Assembly (NCBI GenBank): GCA_964560235.1
Contig: CAZLKZ010000005.1
Location: forward strand, 16,047 to 80,046
Origin: an uncultured Conexibacter sp.
GTDB taxonomy: Bacteria > Actinomycetota > Thermoleophilia > Solirubrobacterales > Solirubrobacteraceae
Reading direction: 5' to 3'
DNA length: 64,000 nt
Both the position numbers and the translations under genes were made by a program. A model generated the notes under the pieces. The model worked only from the letters and a program-made list of their open reading frames with translations. It ran no database searches and had not been told where the DNA came from. This document shows positions 26,028-37,191 of the stretch, piece by piece (within the stretch, counting starts at the first letter, position 1; every line of letters begins with the position of its first letter).

Positions 26028-27361
26028 GGCCCGGGCACCACCGAACTCGTGTCGCAGTCGAGGCCGTCGGGTGCGTACGGCGCCGAGCCGTCGGCCGGCG
26101 GTGTTGTGGCACTGCCGGGGCAGCGCTTGACCTGGCGCTGCTGCAGCGCGGTCTTGCGGTCAGCGGCCTTGCGAGCGGTGAACTTGGCCGAGTCCGGGCC
26201 TGTGCGCTCGTAGGCGAACGCGTCGACGACCGGCGATACGCGGGCGTAGTGCCCGTTCGCGTCGTAGTTGGCGGTCGTCTGGCCGAAGTCGCGGAACCAG
26301 CCGATGAAGTCCGGCGCGTAAGGCCGCAGGAACGAGAGCACCGGCGTGCTCTGCCGGAGAGAGTCGACCGTGTTGTCGAGGGCCGGGCCGCTGATCTTGG
26401 TCAGCTTGGGCTGGTTCTTCAGCAGGTCGGTGAGGTCGTTTGCAGCGCCCGGACGGCTGATCAGCAGACGAAGGTTCTTGATCGTCGGCTCGCCATCCTC
26501 AACAAGCGGCCGGAGCTTGCGGAACAACGGCTCGAGCTTCGGAGCCACCGGCTTTGAAGCGTCGGTGAGCTTGTCGAGATCATCCAATGCGGCACGCAGG
26601 CTCACGAGCGTGGTGTTGCCGCTGCGCAGCGCCGCCGGGAATTCGGCCAGCGCTTGGTCGAGCGAGTCGCCCTCGTCTGCGATCGCGCCCATCGCAGACG
26701 CGGTGTTGCTGACGAGCCCTGAAACGTCGTCGCCGCGCTCGGCGAGAGCTGTCGTGACCTTCGCGGCGTTCACGATCGCATCGGAGAACGCCTGCTGGTC
26801 GCGGGTGAGCTCCGTTGAGACCCGGGTAAACGACTCGACAACCGGGTTGAAGTACTTGAGGGCCTCGTTGGCCTTGTCACCGTCGTTGCCGTACTGGGTC
26901 GACGAGCCCCGGATAACGTCCTGGAGACCCTTGCGAGTCTTCTCGTCGAGCGTCGCGAACAGCTGGTCGAGGTCGACGATCGTGGTCGTCTTGTCGACGC
27001 CAATGGTCGAGCCGTCCTTGATCTCCGGAGCGTTGTCCGGACCAAGCGACAACGCGATGTACCGGTTTGCCTGGCCTGACATCGACCCGGCTCGGATCGT
27101 CGCGGTCGTGCCCGCGTGGAGCGGCGCGTAGGGCTCTTCGACATCGACCTTGATCGCCGCGCGGTTGTCATCGGTGAGGCCGATGCTCTTGACCTTGCCG
27201 ATCGACCGTCCGGCGACTCGCACCTGGTTGCCCTTGACGAGCTGCCCGGCGTTCTGGAAGACGAAGGTGTACTCCTGGGTGCTGTTACGCGTGACTAGCC
27301 ACGCCGCGACCAGCGCCACGATTACGAGCGCTGAGACGACCAGTGTGCGGGTCGCCTTCAC
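26024..27361 (-). CDS. MCE family protein 1
   Basis: LVKGNQVRVAGRSIG, SMSGQANRYIAL. Confidence 0.92.
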   Translation of the reverse strand: MKATRTLVVSALVIVALVAAWLVTRNSTQEYTFVFQNAGQLVKGNQVRVAGRSIGKVKSIGLTDDNRAAIKVDVEEPYAPLHAGTTATIRAGSMSGQANRYIALSLGPDNAPEIKDGSTIGVDKTTTIVDLDQLFATLDEKTRKGLQDVIRGSSTQYGNDGDKANEALKYFNPVVESFTRVSTELTRDQQAFSDAIVNAAKVTTALAERGDDVSGLVSNTASAMGAIADEGDSLDQALAEFPAALRSGNTTLVSLRAALDDLDKLTDASKPVAPKLEPLFRKLRPLVEDGEPTIKNLRLLISRPGAANDLTDLLKNQPKLTKISGPALDNTVDSLRQSTPVLSFLRPYAPDFIGWFRDFGQTTANYDANGHYARVSPVVDAFAYERTGPDSAKFTARKAADRKTALQQRQVKRCPGSATTPPADGSAPYAPDGLDCDTSSVVPGP

Positions 27362-27407
27362 AGGCGGGATGCGCCTGTGGTCGAGGGGTTGTCAGTGCGG
27401 CAGGCCA

Positions 27408-28289
27408 TTACTCCATGCCCAGTGGGCCCTGTGACTCTCCTGAGAGGAACTGGCGGACGAAGGCGTTGTCTGAGTCGAACAGCTCCTCAGCGGGACCTGC
27501 CTCGACGATGCGGCCCTTCCACAGCACGCAGATGTACTCAGCGACGCGCCGGGCGCTCATGATGTCGTGGGTGATGACGCAGTAGCAGCCACGGTTCTCT
27601 TCGTGGATCTCCTGAATCAGCTCACAGAGCAGAGCGGTGCGGACGGGGTCAAGACCAGAGTCCGGCTCGTCGAAGAGCACGATCGACGGGTCGAGCACCA
27701 GAGCACGAGCGAAGCCGGCGCGCTTGCGCATGCCGCCCGAGAGCTCGTTGGGCATCTTGTCCTCGGCGGACGCTAGGCCGACCTCGGCGAGACGGTGACG
27801 GACGATCGAGAGGATCTCCTCCTCGCTCTTGTCGGTGTGCTGGCGCAGCGGGAAGGCGACGTTGTCGAGCAGGTTCATCGAACCGAACAGCGCGCCATCC
27901 TGGAACAGCACGCCGAACTTCTTGCGCATCGCGAAGAGCTCTTCGTCGAGCATGTGCGGCACCGACTCGCCGTGCACGAGCACGTCGCCCTCGTCGGGGT
28001 AGAGGAGGCCGACCATGTGCTTGATGCACACGGACTTACCGGTACCTGACGGACCGAGGATCATCGAGATCTTGTCGTCCGGAAGGCCCATGTTCAGGCC
28101 GCGAAGGATCTTGTTGCGACCGAAGGCCTTGTGCACGTCGACGAACTCGACCGCGTCCTGCACGCCGGTCGGGCGGTTCATACCCGTGTGCCAGCGGTAC
28201 TCGTCCTCCTCGTCGTGAGCAGGCGGCGCCTCGCGCACCACGCTCATGTCGACTTCGTCCTCGGGACGGTTCTCTGGTGTCTCTGACAT
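27408..28289 (-). CDS. Mce/Mla ABC ATPase (MlaF/Mkl/MceG-like)
   Basis: GPSGTGKS, LFQDGALF, LSGGMRKRAGFARAL, DEPDSGLDP. Confidence 0.93.
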   Translation of the reverse strand: MSETPENRPEDEVDMSVVREAPPAHDEEDEYRWHTGMNRPTGVQDAVEFVDVHKAFGRNKILRGLNMGLPDDKISMILGPSGTGKSVCIKHMVGLLYPDEGDVLVHGESVPHMLDEELFAMRKKFGVLFQDGALFGSMNLLDNVAFPLRQHTDKSEEEILSIVRHRLAEVGLASAEDKMPNELSGGMRKRAGFARALVLDPSIVLFDEPDSGLDPVRTALLCELIQEIHEENRGCYCVITHDIMSARRVAEYICVLWKGRIVEAGPAEELFDSDNAFVRQFLSGESQGPLGME

Positions 28290-28293
28290 TTGC

Positions 28294-29082
28294 TCAGCCT
28301 CCGATTGGGGCTCGAGGGTTGGTGCCCCAGAAGATCTGGGTGCCCAGCATTCCGATGATGTGCACGAGCACGATGTTCAACGCCATCGATTTCGCGGTAG
28401 CAGTACCCACGCCGACCGGTCCCCCGGTCACGTGGTAGCCGTAGTAACAACCGACGAGCACTACGACCGTGCCCATCGTCATCGCCTTGATCACGCTGAA
28501 GAACAGGTCAGGCGGGTTCTGGAACATCCAGAAAATCAGCGAATAGCCGCCCGACGAAACCTCGCCGACCTGCACGACCACCGCCAGGTAGCTGGCAAAG
28601 AAGCCGGCACCGACAGCGGCGATGTAGATGAATGGCAGGACCAGCCACGAAGCGAGCAGCTTGGTGCAGCACAGGAACAGCACGGAGTCGAAGCCCATGA
28701 CCTCGAGCGCGTCGATCTCGTCCGAGATCCGCATGGCGCCGAGCTCGGCGACGATTCCGGTGCCGACCTTCGCCGACATCATGTAGCCGAAGCCGTAAGG
28801 CACGATCTCGCGCAGGTCGCACAGCGCCGTGAACGCGCCGGCGTACGCCGAAGCACCCTGCGCCTTGGTCAGGTACGCGCCCTCGATGCCGCACTGCAGA
28901 CCGACGAAGAACACCAGCGTCCAGATCACCAGCGTCGATCCGAGGATCAGCAGGCCGCACTGGCGCAGCACCTCGCCCGAGAACCGCAGCACGCGGAGCG
29001 AGTACACGTTGCACAGGATCTGGCCGAAGAACTTGGCCATTTCGCCTGTGGTGGTGAGCCATGAGCGGAGAGTTACCGGCAT
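28294..29082 (-). CDS. YrbE/MlaE permease B
   Basis: ELGAMRISDEIDALEVMG, GGPVGVG; start reassigned to 29082. Confidence 0.92.
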   Translation of the reverse strand: MPVTLRSWLTTTGEMAKFFGQILCNVYSLRVLRFSGEVLRQCGLLILGSTLVIWTLVFFVGLQCGIEGAYLTKAQGASAYAGAFTALCDLREIVPYGFGYMMSAKVGTGIVAELGAMRISDEIDALEVMGFDSVLFLCCTKLLASWLVLPFIYIAAVGAGFFASYLAVVVQVGEVSSGGYSLIFWMFQNPPDLFFSVIKAMTMGTVVVLVGCYYGYHVTGGPVGVGTATAKSMALNIVLVHIIGMLGTQIFWGTNPRAPIGG

Positions 29083-29083
29083 G

Positions 29084-29890
29084 TCAGCGGATGATCTGCA
29101 TGTCGGGGTTGGTCGCCAGCAGCGTCTGCGTAAAGACGTAGTTGAAGGCGAAGACGGCGATGAACGTGAGCACGACCGCCTGGTTGACCGCGCGTCCCAC
29201 GCCCTCAGCACCGCCGGATGCGGTCATGCCCTTGTAACAGCAGACGATCGCGGTGATCGCGCCGAACATGATGCACTTGATGACCGAGGCCCAGAGGTCG
29301 GTAATCGACGACTGCTGGAAGAAGGTTGCGAAGAACGGCCCGAGCGGCTCTCCGTAGACGAGCGAGGCGAGCACGCCGCCCGAGATGCCGAACATGATCG
29401 TGAAGACGTCGAAGAGGCCGGTCACGATCATCAGCGCCAGGAAGCGCGGGACGACGAGGTTCTTGACGGGATCGACACCGAGTACCTGGAGAGCGTCTAG
29501 CTCCTCGCGCACCTTGCGGGCACCGAGGTCAGCGGTGATCGCGGTGCCGGCAACACCCGCGACGATGATGGCGCAGATGAACGGCGCGAACTCGCGGGTG
29601 ACCGCGAGGTTGAAGAAGCTGCCGAGCCGGTCGGGAGCACCGAGCACGGTGAGGAACCCGAGCGCCTGGAGGCCCGGTGCGCCGTAGGTAACGGCCACCG
29701 TGGAAATCATCAGGGGCAGCCAGCAAAGACGCAGCACAAACAGGAACTGGCCCATGAACTCGCCGCCGTACGGGTACGGCGGCTTGACGGCGGAGACCAA
29801 GGTCTTCCCCGTCAAGATCATCATGTCCCCTACCTCTTCTAGGAGGTTCTTAGCGGGCTGAAGAGCCCGTTCGGCGACTGTGGCGGCCAC
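29084..29890 (-). CDS. YrbE/MlaE permease A
   Basis: ADLGARKVREELDALQVLGVDP, GGAEGVG; start GTG 29890. Confidence 0.92.
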   Translation of the reverse strand: MAATVAERALQPAKNLLEEVGDMMILTGKTLVSAVKPPYPYGGEFMGQFLFVLRLCWLPLMISTVAVTYGAPGLQALGFLTVLGAPDRLGSFFNLAVTREFAPFICAIIVAGVAGTAITADLGARKVREELDALQVLGVDPVKNLVVPRFLALMIVTGLFDVFTIMFGISGGVLASLVYGEPLGPFFATFFQQSSITDLWASVIKCIMFGAITAIVCCYKGMTASGGAEGVGRAVNQAVVLTFIAVFAFNYVFTQTLLATNPDMQIIR

Positions 29891-30053
29891 TGATTCCTGG
29901 TTTCTCCCCTGAGAGATGCGCATGCGTGACGGCCGACACACGACACATCACGCGTTCGGCAGCATACGTGAATTTGGAGTGAATGCGCCACCCCGAAATG
30001 TTGCGCCAGCATTACGGTCGTCTCAAATGACCCTCAGGTGGTACGTTGGGCGC

Positions 30054-30596
30054 GTGCATGCCTTGGGGAGGAGCTCGCTAGTCGCGGTAGCTCTGTCGGC
30101 AACCGTCTTTGCCGTCGGATGTGGCGACGATGAATCGACCGGCGAGAACACGAAGGTCAACCTTCAGCTCGTCAGCGCCACCTTCCCCGAGCGTCAAGAG
30201 CTTGCCAAGCAGGCAACAATGTCGATCGTTGTGCGCAACCCCGGCGACGAGCCCGTGCAGATGGTTACCGCGACCGTTAGCCCTGGCGGAACCGGCGAGA
30301 CAGGCTCTGCGTTCCAGGCGCCGGTCGGAGGCGCCGACGCGTCTGACTCGAGCAGGCCGATCTGGATCGTCGACGAGGCGCCTCTCAACGGCGTGACCGC
30401 CGACCCAGCTGTGACACGCCTCGGCCCGATCGAAGCGGGCAAGACCGTCGCCTTCAAGTGGAAGGTCACGCCGGTCCGCACCGGCAAGCACCCGATCCGT
30501 TGGGCGATCGGCGCCGACCTCAAGGGCGAGCAGACGGTCATCGACGATGCAGGCGAGCCGATCGAAGGCCGCTTCGACGTCGAGATCGGCGACTGA
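30054..30596 (+). CDS. Lipoprotein with Ig-like (CARDB-like) domain
   Basis: Lipobox AVG-C; VRNPG, LGPIEAGKTVAFKWKVTP. Confidence 0.7.
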   Translation: MHALGRSSLVAVALSATVFAVGCGDDESTGENTKVNLQLVSATFPERQELAKQATMSIVVRNPGDEPVQMVTATVSPGGTGETGSAFQAPVGGADASDSSRPIWIVDEAPLNGVTADPAVTRLGPIEAGKTVAFKWKVTPVRTGKHPIRWAIGADLKGEQTVIDDAGEPIEGRFDVEIGD

Positions 30597-30623
30597 CGCT
30601 CTCCTCGCCCGAGGCGTTTGGGC

Positions 30624-30658
30624 AAAAGAAAAGGCGCCGGCCGATTGGCCGACGCCTT
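30624..30658 (-). terminator. Intrinsic terminator of amtB-glnK
   Basis: AAGGCG(C)CGGCC/GGCCG(A)CGCCTT stem with an A-tract on + (U-tract on -). Confidence 0.75.
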
Positions 30659-30683
30659 CCCTTGGAGAGAACTAAGCCGCGGC

Positions 30684-31040
30684 TCAGTCGTCGTGATGAG
30701 CCTGGGTGATGTCCTCACCCGACTCGCCGGTACGAACGCGGTAGGCCTCGTCGACCGGCATCACGAACACCTTGCCGTCACCGACGGCTCCGGTGCGCGC
30801 GTGTTTGAGCACGGCGTCGACGACGGTCTGGACCGAGTCGTCAGAGACGACGCACTCGACCTTGACCTTGGGCCGGAGGTAGTTCGTCAGCTCGGCACCT
30901 CGGTATCGCTCCGTGATGCCCTTCTGGCGACCTGACCCCTTCACCTCACTGATCGTGAGCGACGGGAATCCCAGGCCCAACAGCTCCGCACGGATCGGCT
31001 CGAACGCCTCGTGCCGTACGTACGCTACGACCATCTTCAT
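30684..31040 (-). CDS. glnK: Nitrogen regulatory protein P-II
   Basis: GSGRQKG, YRGAE, ARTGAVGDGKVFV. Confidence 0.95.
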   Translation of the reverse strand: MKMVVAYVRHEAFEPIRAELLGLGFPSLTISEVKGSGRQKGITERYRGAELTNYLRPKVKVECVVSDDSVQTVVDAVLKHARTGAVGDGKVFVMPVDEAYRVRTGESGEDITQAHHDD

Positions 31041-32503
31041 GCCGTCACCTCACTAGTCGCGGTTGCAGGTTGCGCGCTACCACCGGTCTGCGGAGTAGCG
31101 GCAAGACCGTATCCGACCAGCTCGGATTCCGGAATGAACTGCTCCGGGTATCCGTACATGCCGTGCTCGGAGATGTCGAGACCGTCGATCTCCTCTTCCT
31201 CACTGACGCGCAGACCGAAGGTCTTGTCGATCAGGAAGAAAACGAGCAGCGATGACAGCAGCACGAACGTGAATACGACCAGCACCGTGCCTGCCTGCAC
31301 ACCGAGCTGATTGAAGCTGCCGCTGTAGAACAGCCCCGGATCACCGATGCCGACCGACTCTGCGAGCCGCGGCGAGGTGAAGAGACCGCACGCGAGCGTG
31401 CCCCAGATGCCTGCCAGGCCGTGAGCGGAAAGCGCGCCGACCGGGTCGTCGAGACGGAGACGCTCGAACAGGTAGACACCCCCGACAACGATCAGACCAC
31501 CTACGAGTCCGATGATCGGAGCTGCCCAGAACTCGACGTAGCCCGACGGAGCGGTGATCGCAACGAGACCGGCGATCGCGCCGTTGCCGGACATACCGAC
31601 ATCGAGCTTGCCCGTGAGGAAGTACACGAGCATCGAGGCACCTACGACGCCGCCTGCAGCGCCGAGGTTCGTGACGGCGATGACTTCGGCGAAGGTGCTG
31701 CCACCGGTGCCGAGCGTCGAGCCACCGTTGAATCCGAACCAACCGAGCCACAGAATCACGGCACCGAGGCCGAACAGCGGCATGTTGTGCCCCGGGATCA
31801 CGCGCGGCTTGCCGTCAGGGCCGTACTTGCCCTTACGCGGTCCGAGCACGATCAGCGCTGCGAGCGCAGCGGTCGCACCGGTGAGGTGCACGATCGATGA
31901 GCCTGCGAAGTCCTGGACCTCGCCGATCTTGCTCAGCAGACCAGTGCCGACCCAGCCCCAGTGGGCTACGAGCGGGTAGATGAGCGCGATGAACACGAAT
32001 CCGAAGATCGGGTACGCGATGAACTTGATGCGCTCGAGCGTCGTGCCCCACACGATCGCGAGCGAGACCGCTGCGAACATGAACTGGAACACGAAGAACG
32101 TCGCCGTAGAGCCGTCGGATACGACGGTTTCGCCGGAGAACCCGTCCGTGTAGGACGTGCCGTGCTGCATGAAGAACCCGCTGTCGCCAGCGAGCAAGCC
32201 AGCGCCGCCGAAAGCGACTGCGAAGCCAGCGACCCACCATGCGATCGAGGCGACGGACAGGTTGACGAGAATCTTGGCAACGCCAGCGCCCACGTTCTTC
32301 TGGCGCGAAAAGCCGATCTCAAGCAGGAGGAAGCCCGCCTGCATGAAGAGCACGAGGCACGCGGCCACGATGATCCACAGGTTGTCCAGCTGACCGGCCA
32401 CATCACCGATTGCCGGCTCGTCCTGTGCCAGCGCGGTGGCTGGGGCGAGTAGTGCGGCCGCGATCACGCCAAGCGCGAACGGACCCTTCTTAATGCGTCG
32501 CAA
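31037..32503 (-). CDS. amtB: Ammonium transporter
   Basis: FMQAGF, ER, DFAGSSIVH, GWFGFNGGS, DDPVGALSAHG. Confidence 0.95.
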   Translation of the reverse strand: MRRIKKGPFALGVIAAALLAPATALAQDEPAIGDVAGQLDNLWIIVAACLVLFMQAGFLLLEIGFSRQKNVGAGVAKILVNLSVASIAWWVAGFAVAFGGAGLLAGDSGFFMQHGTSYTDGFSGETVVSDGSTATFFVFQFMFAAVSLAIVWGTTLERIKFIAYPIFGFVFIALIYPLVAHWGWVGTGLLSKIGEVQDFAGSSIVHLTGATAALAALIVLGPRKGKYGPDGKPRVIPGHNMPLFGLGAVILWLGWFGFNGGSTLGTGGSTFAEVIAVTNLGAAGGVVGASMLVYFLTGKLDVGMSGNGAIAGLVAITAPSGYVEFWAAPIIGLVGGLIVVGGVYLFERLRLDDPVGALSAHGLAGIWGTLACGLFTSPRLAESVGIGDPGLFYSGSFNQLGVQAGTVLVVFTFVLLSSLLVFFLIDKTFGLRVSEEEEIDGLDISEHGMYGYPEQFIPESELVGYGLAATPQTGGSAQPATATSEVTA

Positions 32504-32801
32504 GAGAACCTCCTGATTGGTTGGTGCCGGAAAGTCTGGAGGCAGTCGGGCTCGCTTCGACTGTCCCGATGTTCAAACATCAGGCCGCGCTGTTGGCCCG
32601 GTGGAGCAGGGCCCGGGTACCGGGGCGCTCGGCCATCTACAACGCGCGCGGGGAACGGTGTACGACAGCGCGTACAACCGCCGGTGGCGATCTTTGGACA
32701 CGCGTACAGCAGGGGTCAGCGGTGCCGGTTTACTCTTCTCGCAGGCGGTCCGCTCCCGGACCCGCTCGCTCACGCACAAGACTCGGAGATTCCGTTACGC
32801 C

Positions 32802-34961
<2,160 letters not shown>

Positions 34962-34965
34962 CGCG

Positions 34966-35048
34966 ACAACGACATCCGAAGGTCCCCGGGAGGGCGGCCC
35001 GACCAGTGACGCATCACGTCGCAGGTTGGCCCGCCCTCCCGTCGTTGT
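34966..35048 (+). terminator. Long GC hairpin after glnA
   Basis: GGGAGGGCGG/CCGCCCTCCC plus outer ACAACGAC/GTCGTTGT. Confidence 0.6.
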
Positions 35049-35116
35049 GCGGCGTCACCTTTCTCGACGCAATGCGTTCTAGGTGCGTTCACTGCACTTA
35101 CTCAAGGAGAACTCGC

Positions 35117-35785
35117 ATGTCCCGTACAACCCGCGTGGCGGTGGTCGCCGTGCTCACAGCCTGTTGTGCTGCACCCGGACTGACCTCTGCCGCATCGGCC
35201 GCGCCGACCCGCGCTTGCCAACAGACGAAGGGCGGCAAGATTCGGCTGGTAGCCAAGCACGCCAGCTGCCGAAAGTCCGAGAGGCGCGTTTTTGTCACCG
35301 TCAAGGGCGCTCCCGGGAAGGACGGCAAGGATGGCAAAGACGGGAAAGACGGAAAGGACGGCATCTCGCCGTCGGCTAAGGCATTCGACGTGACCGTCGG
35401 TGTCGGCAACACGCGTCCGCTTGCGAAGTTCAACGACGTCGAACTGCAGATGTTCTGCGCAAACGACCTCACGAATGGCACGACGATTGAGGTCCGAGCC
35501 GCAAAGGGCCGGTACGTGAGCAGTGCTCAGTACCGGAACATTGAGGGCGGTGAGCCGAGCACGAAGCAGTTCCCGATGTGGAGCTATGCGACGGGCGTCG
35601 ACTACTTCCAGGCGTTCGCGTCGTTGTTCGCCAACGCTACGGGCGTACAGGGCAACGAGGGTCACGTGACCGGAAGCATCACCACCGCGTCCGGCGTTGT
35701 GTACGTCAACACGTACATCAAGACCCTCCCCGGCGCGGACGCATGCACGGTGAGCGGCACCGCATTTCAGCTACCTATCGGGTAG
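35117..35785 (+). CDS. Secreted collagen-like (Gly-Xaa-Yaa) protein A
   Basis: SD AAGGAG; signal peptide; Cys-containing N-domain; (GKD)5 repeat; beta-rich C-domain. Confidence 0.75.
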   Translation: MSRTTRVAVVAVLTACCAAPGLTSAASAAPTRACQQTKGGKIRLVAKHASCRKSERRVFVTVKGAPGKDGKDGKDGKDGKDGISPSAKAFDVTVGVGNTRPLAKFNDVELQMFCANDLTNGTTIEVRAAKGRYVSSAQYRNIEGGEPSTKQFPMWSYATGVDYFQAFASLFANATGVQGNEGHVTGSITTASGVVYVNTYIKTLPGADACTVSGTAFQLPIG

Positions 35786-35809
35786 TCCGCCGAAGGAGAC
35801 TGCAGCTCC

Positions 35810-35842
35810 CGAGGGGCCCGCTCAAGCGGGCCTCTCGTCGTT
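35810..35842 (+). terminator. Hairpin terminator
   Basis: CGAGGGGCCCGCT/AGCGGGCCTCTCG followed by TCGTT. Confidence 0.6.
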
Positions 35843-35942
35843 GAGGGCATGCCGGCCTTCCCTCTGACGTTTCACAGCAATAGAGTCGCGGCTGCGCCCG
35901 GCACCCCGGCCGCCGTCTCATCTCGATTTCAAGGAGTCCTCA

Positions 35943-36719
35943 GTGTCCAATCGTTCCACCCATCGCCGCCTCGTAGCGGTGGTGATCGCAGCGCTCGCCG
36001 CTGCCATTGCATTCGTCGGGGTCGCATCCTCGGCCTCCGCCGCCACGATCTACGCCTGCCAGAAGAAGAAGACCGGCGCGATCGTTGTCGTTACAAAGAA
36101 AAAGAAGTGCAACAAGAAGACAGAGAAGAAGGTCAGCTGGAACACCCAGGGCAAGGCCGGCAAGAACGGCAAGGACGGCACGAACGGAACCAACGGCACG
36201 AACGGAACCAACGGTGCCAAGGGAGACAAGGGCGACAAGGGCGACGACGGCGAGCCGCGCTACGCCGTTCCGTTCAACATCAGCCGCAACATCAACAACA
36301 GCACGACCGACACGCTCGCAACCGTTGATGGTGCCCAGATCGACTACAAGTGCGGGACGATCCTGTTCGCCAACGTGGCCACGATCTCCGTCACCGGCGG
36401 TACCGGCAACCTCCAAGCAGGCGGGTTCTGGACGCAGACCGACGGAACATTCCCGACCGGCAGCACGCAGACCTACAGCTGGTACGACACGCTTGCGGCG
36501 GGAGCCAAGACATTCACATCCATTACGACCAACTGGTCCGGCACCGTTGGCACCAAGGGCCACGTCTCCGGCACAATCCGGACTACTAACGCTGTGGTGT
36601 TTATCGACGCATACCTATCGGTCGACACATCAGGCGCGAGCGCATGCATCCTCCGAGGAGCACTGCGCATCGTTCCCCGTCAGCAGCTGCTGATCATCTT
36701 CCCGATCATCACCCTCTGA
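35943..36719 (+). CDS. Secreted collagen-like protein B (paralog of A)
   Basis: SD AAGGAG; signal peptide; TIYAC...C...EKKVSW domain; about 12 Gly-X-Y triplets; C-domain similar to protein A. Confidence 0.78.
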   Translation: MSNRSTHRRLVAVVIAALAAAIAFVGVASSASAATIYACQKKKTGAIVVVTKKKKCNKKTEKKVSWNTQGKAGKNGKDGTNGTNGTNGTNGAKGDKGDKGDDGEPRYAVPFNISRNINNSTTDTLATVDGAQIDYKCGTILFANVATISVTGGTGNLQAGGFWTQTDGTFPTGSTQTYSWYDTLAAGAKTFTSITTNWSGTVGTKGHVSGTIRTTNAVVFIDAYLSVDTSGASACILRGALRIVPRQQLLIIFPIITL

Positions 36720-36741
36720 TCAGGAACCAGCGGTAAACGTC

Positions 36742-36776
36742 ACGGGCGCTCGCTTCAGCGGGCGCCCGTTGTCGTT
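36742..36776 (+). terminator. Hairpin terminator (likely bidirectional)
   Basis: ACGGGCGCTCGCT/AGCGGGCGCCCGT followed by TGTCGTT. Confidence 0.6.
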
Positions 36777-36786
36777 CCTGGGACGC

Positions 36787-37107
36787 CTAGCGCAGCGCTT
36801 CGAACGCATCGCGCGTGCGCTGGAGCTCTTCGTCGCTGATCGTGCCCTTGGCGTGCAGACGCTCGAGCTGGCGCTCGCGGAGATCTTCGGCGGCGATGTC
36901 GTGCCGTGAGGCGCCCCGGCTGCGGCCGCGCATCTCGCGAGGCGGACGGGACCTGAGGGTCGACACCGGCTCCACGCGCCGCCTGCGTCGACGCTTGCCT
37001 GAGCCGGCGATGCGGAGGAACAGCACCAAGGCGAGGATCGCCAAGACAGCCATCGACGATTTGACGGCGGTCGTCGACTCTGCGGCAGCGACGATCCAAA
37101 GCTCCAT
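36787..37107 (-). CDS. Small membrane protein with SHOCT-like C-terminus
   Basis: One TM, Arg-rich linker, LERLHAKGTISDEEL. Confidence 0.6.
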   Translation of the reverse strand: MELWIVAAAESTTAVKSSMAVLAILALVLFLRIAGSGKRRRRRRVEPVSTLRSRPPREMRGRSRGASRHDIAAEDLRERQLERLHAKGTISDEELQRTRDAFEALR

Positions 37108-37148
37108 ACGCCCGGGTAATCGGCAGCAAGCGAAAGGGATGCACCTGC

Positions 37149-37172
37149 ACCTTGACACGATCGTGTCAAGGT
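37149..37172. promoter_or_regulatory. Perfect 24-bp palindrome upstream of metH (operator candidate)
   Basis: ACCTTGACACGATCGTGTCAAGGT; TATCGT -10-like element eight nt before the metH ATG. Confidence 0.6.
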
Positions 37173-37191
37173 TGCGCTATCGTGCCCTCTA

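Noticed and set aside
35316-36250. Short tandem nucleotide repeats as CRISPR or VNTR
   Set aside because: They are 9-nt units encoding Gly-X-Y triplets inside CDSs, with no spacers or cas genes
37108-37191. SAM or cobalamin riboswitch upstream of metH
   Set aside because: The region is too short and lacks consensus elements
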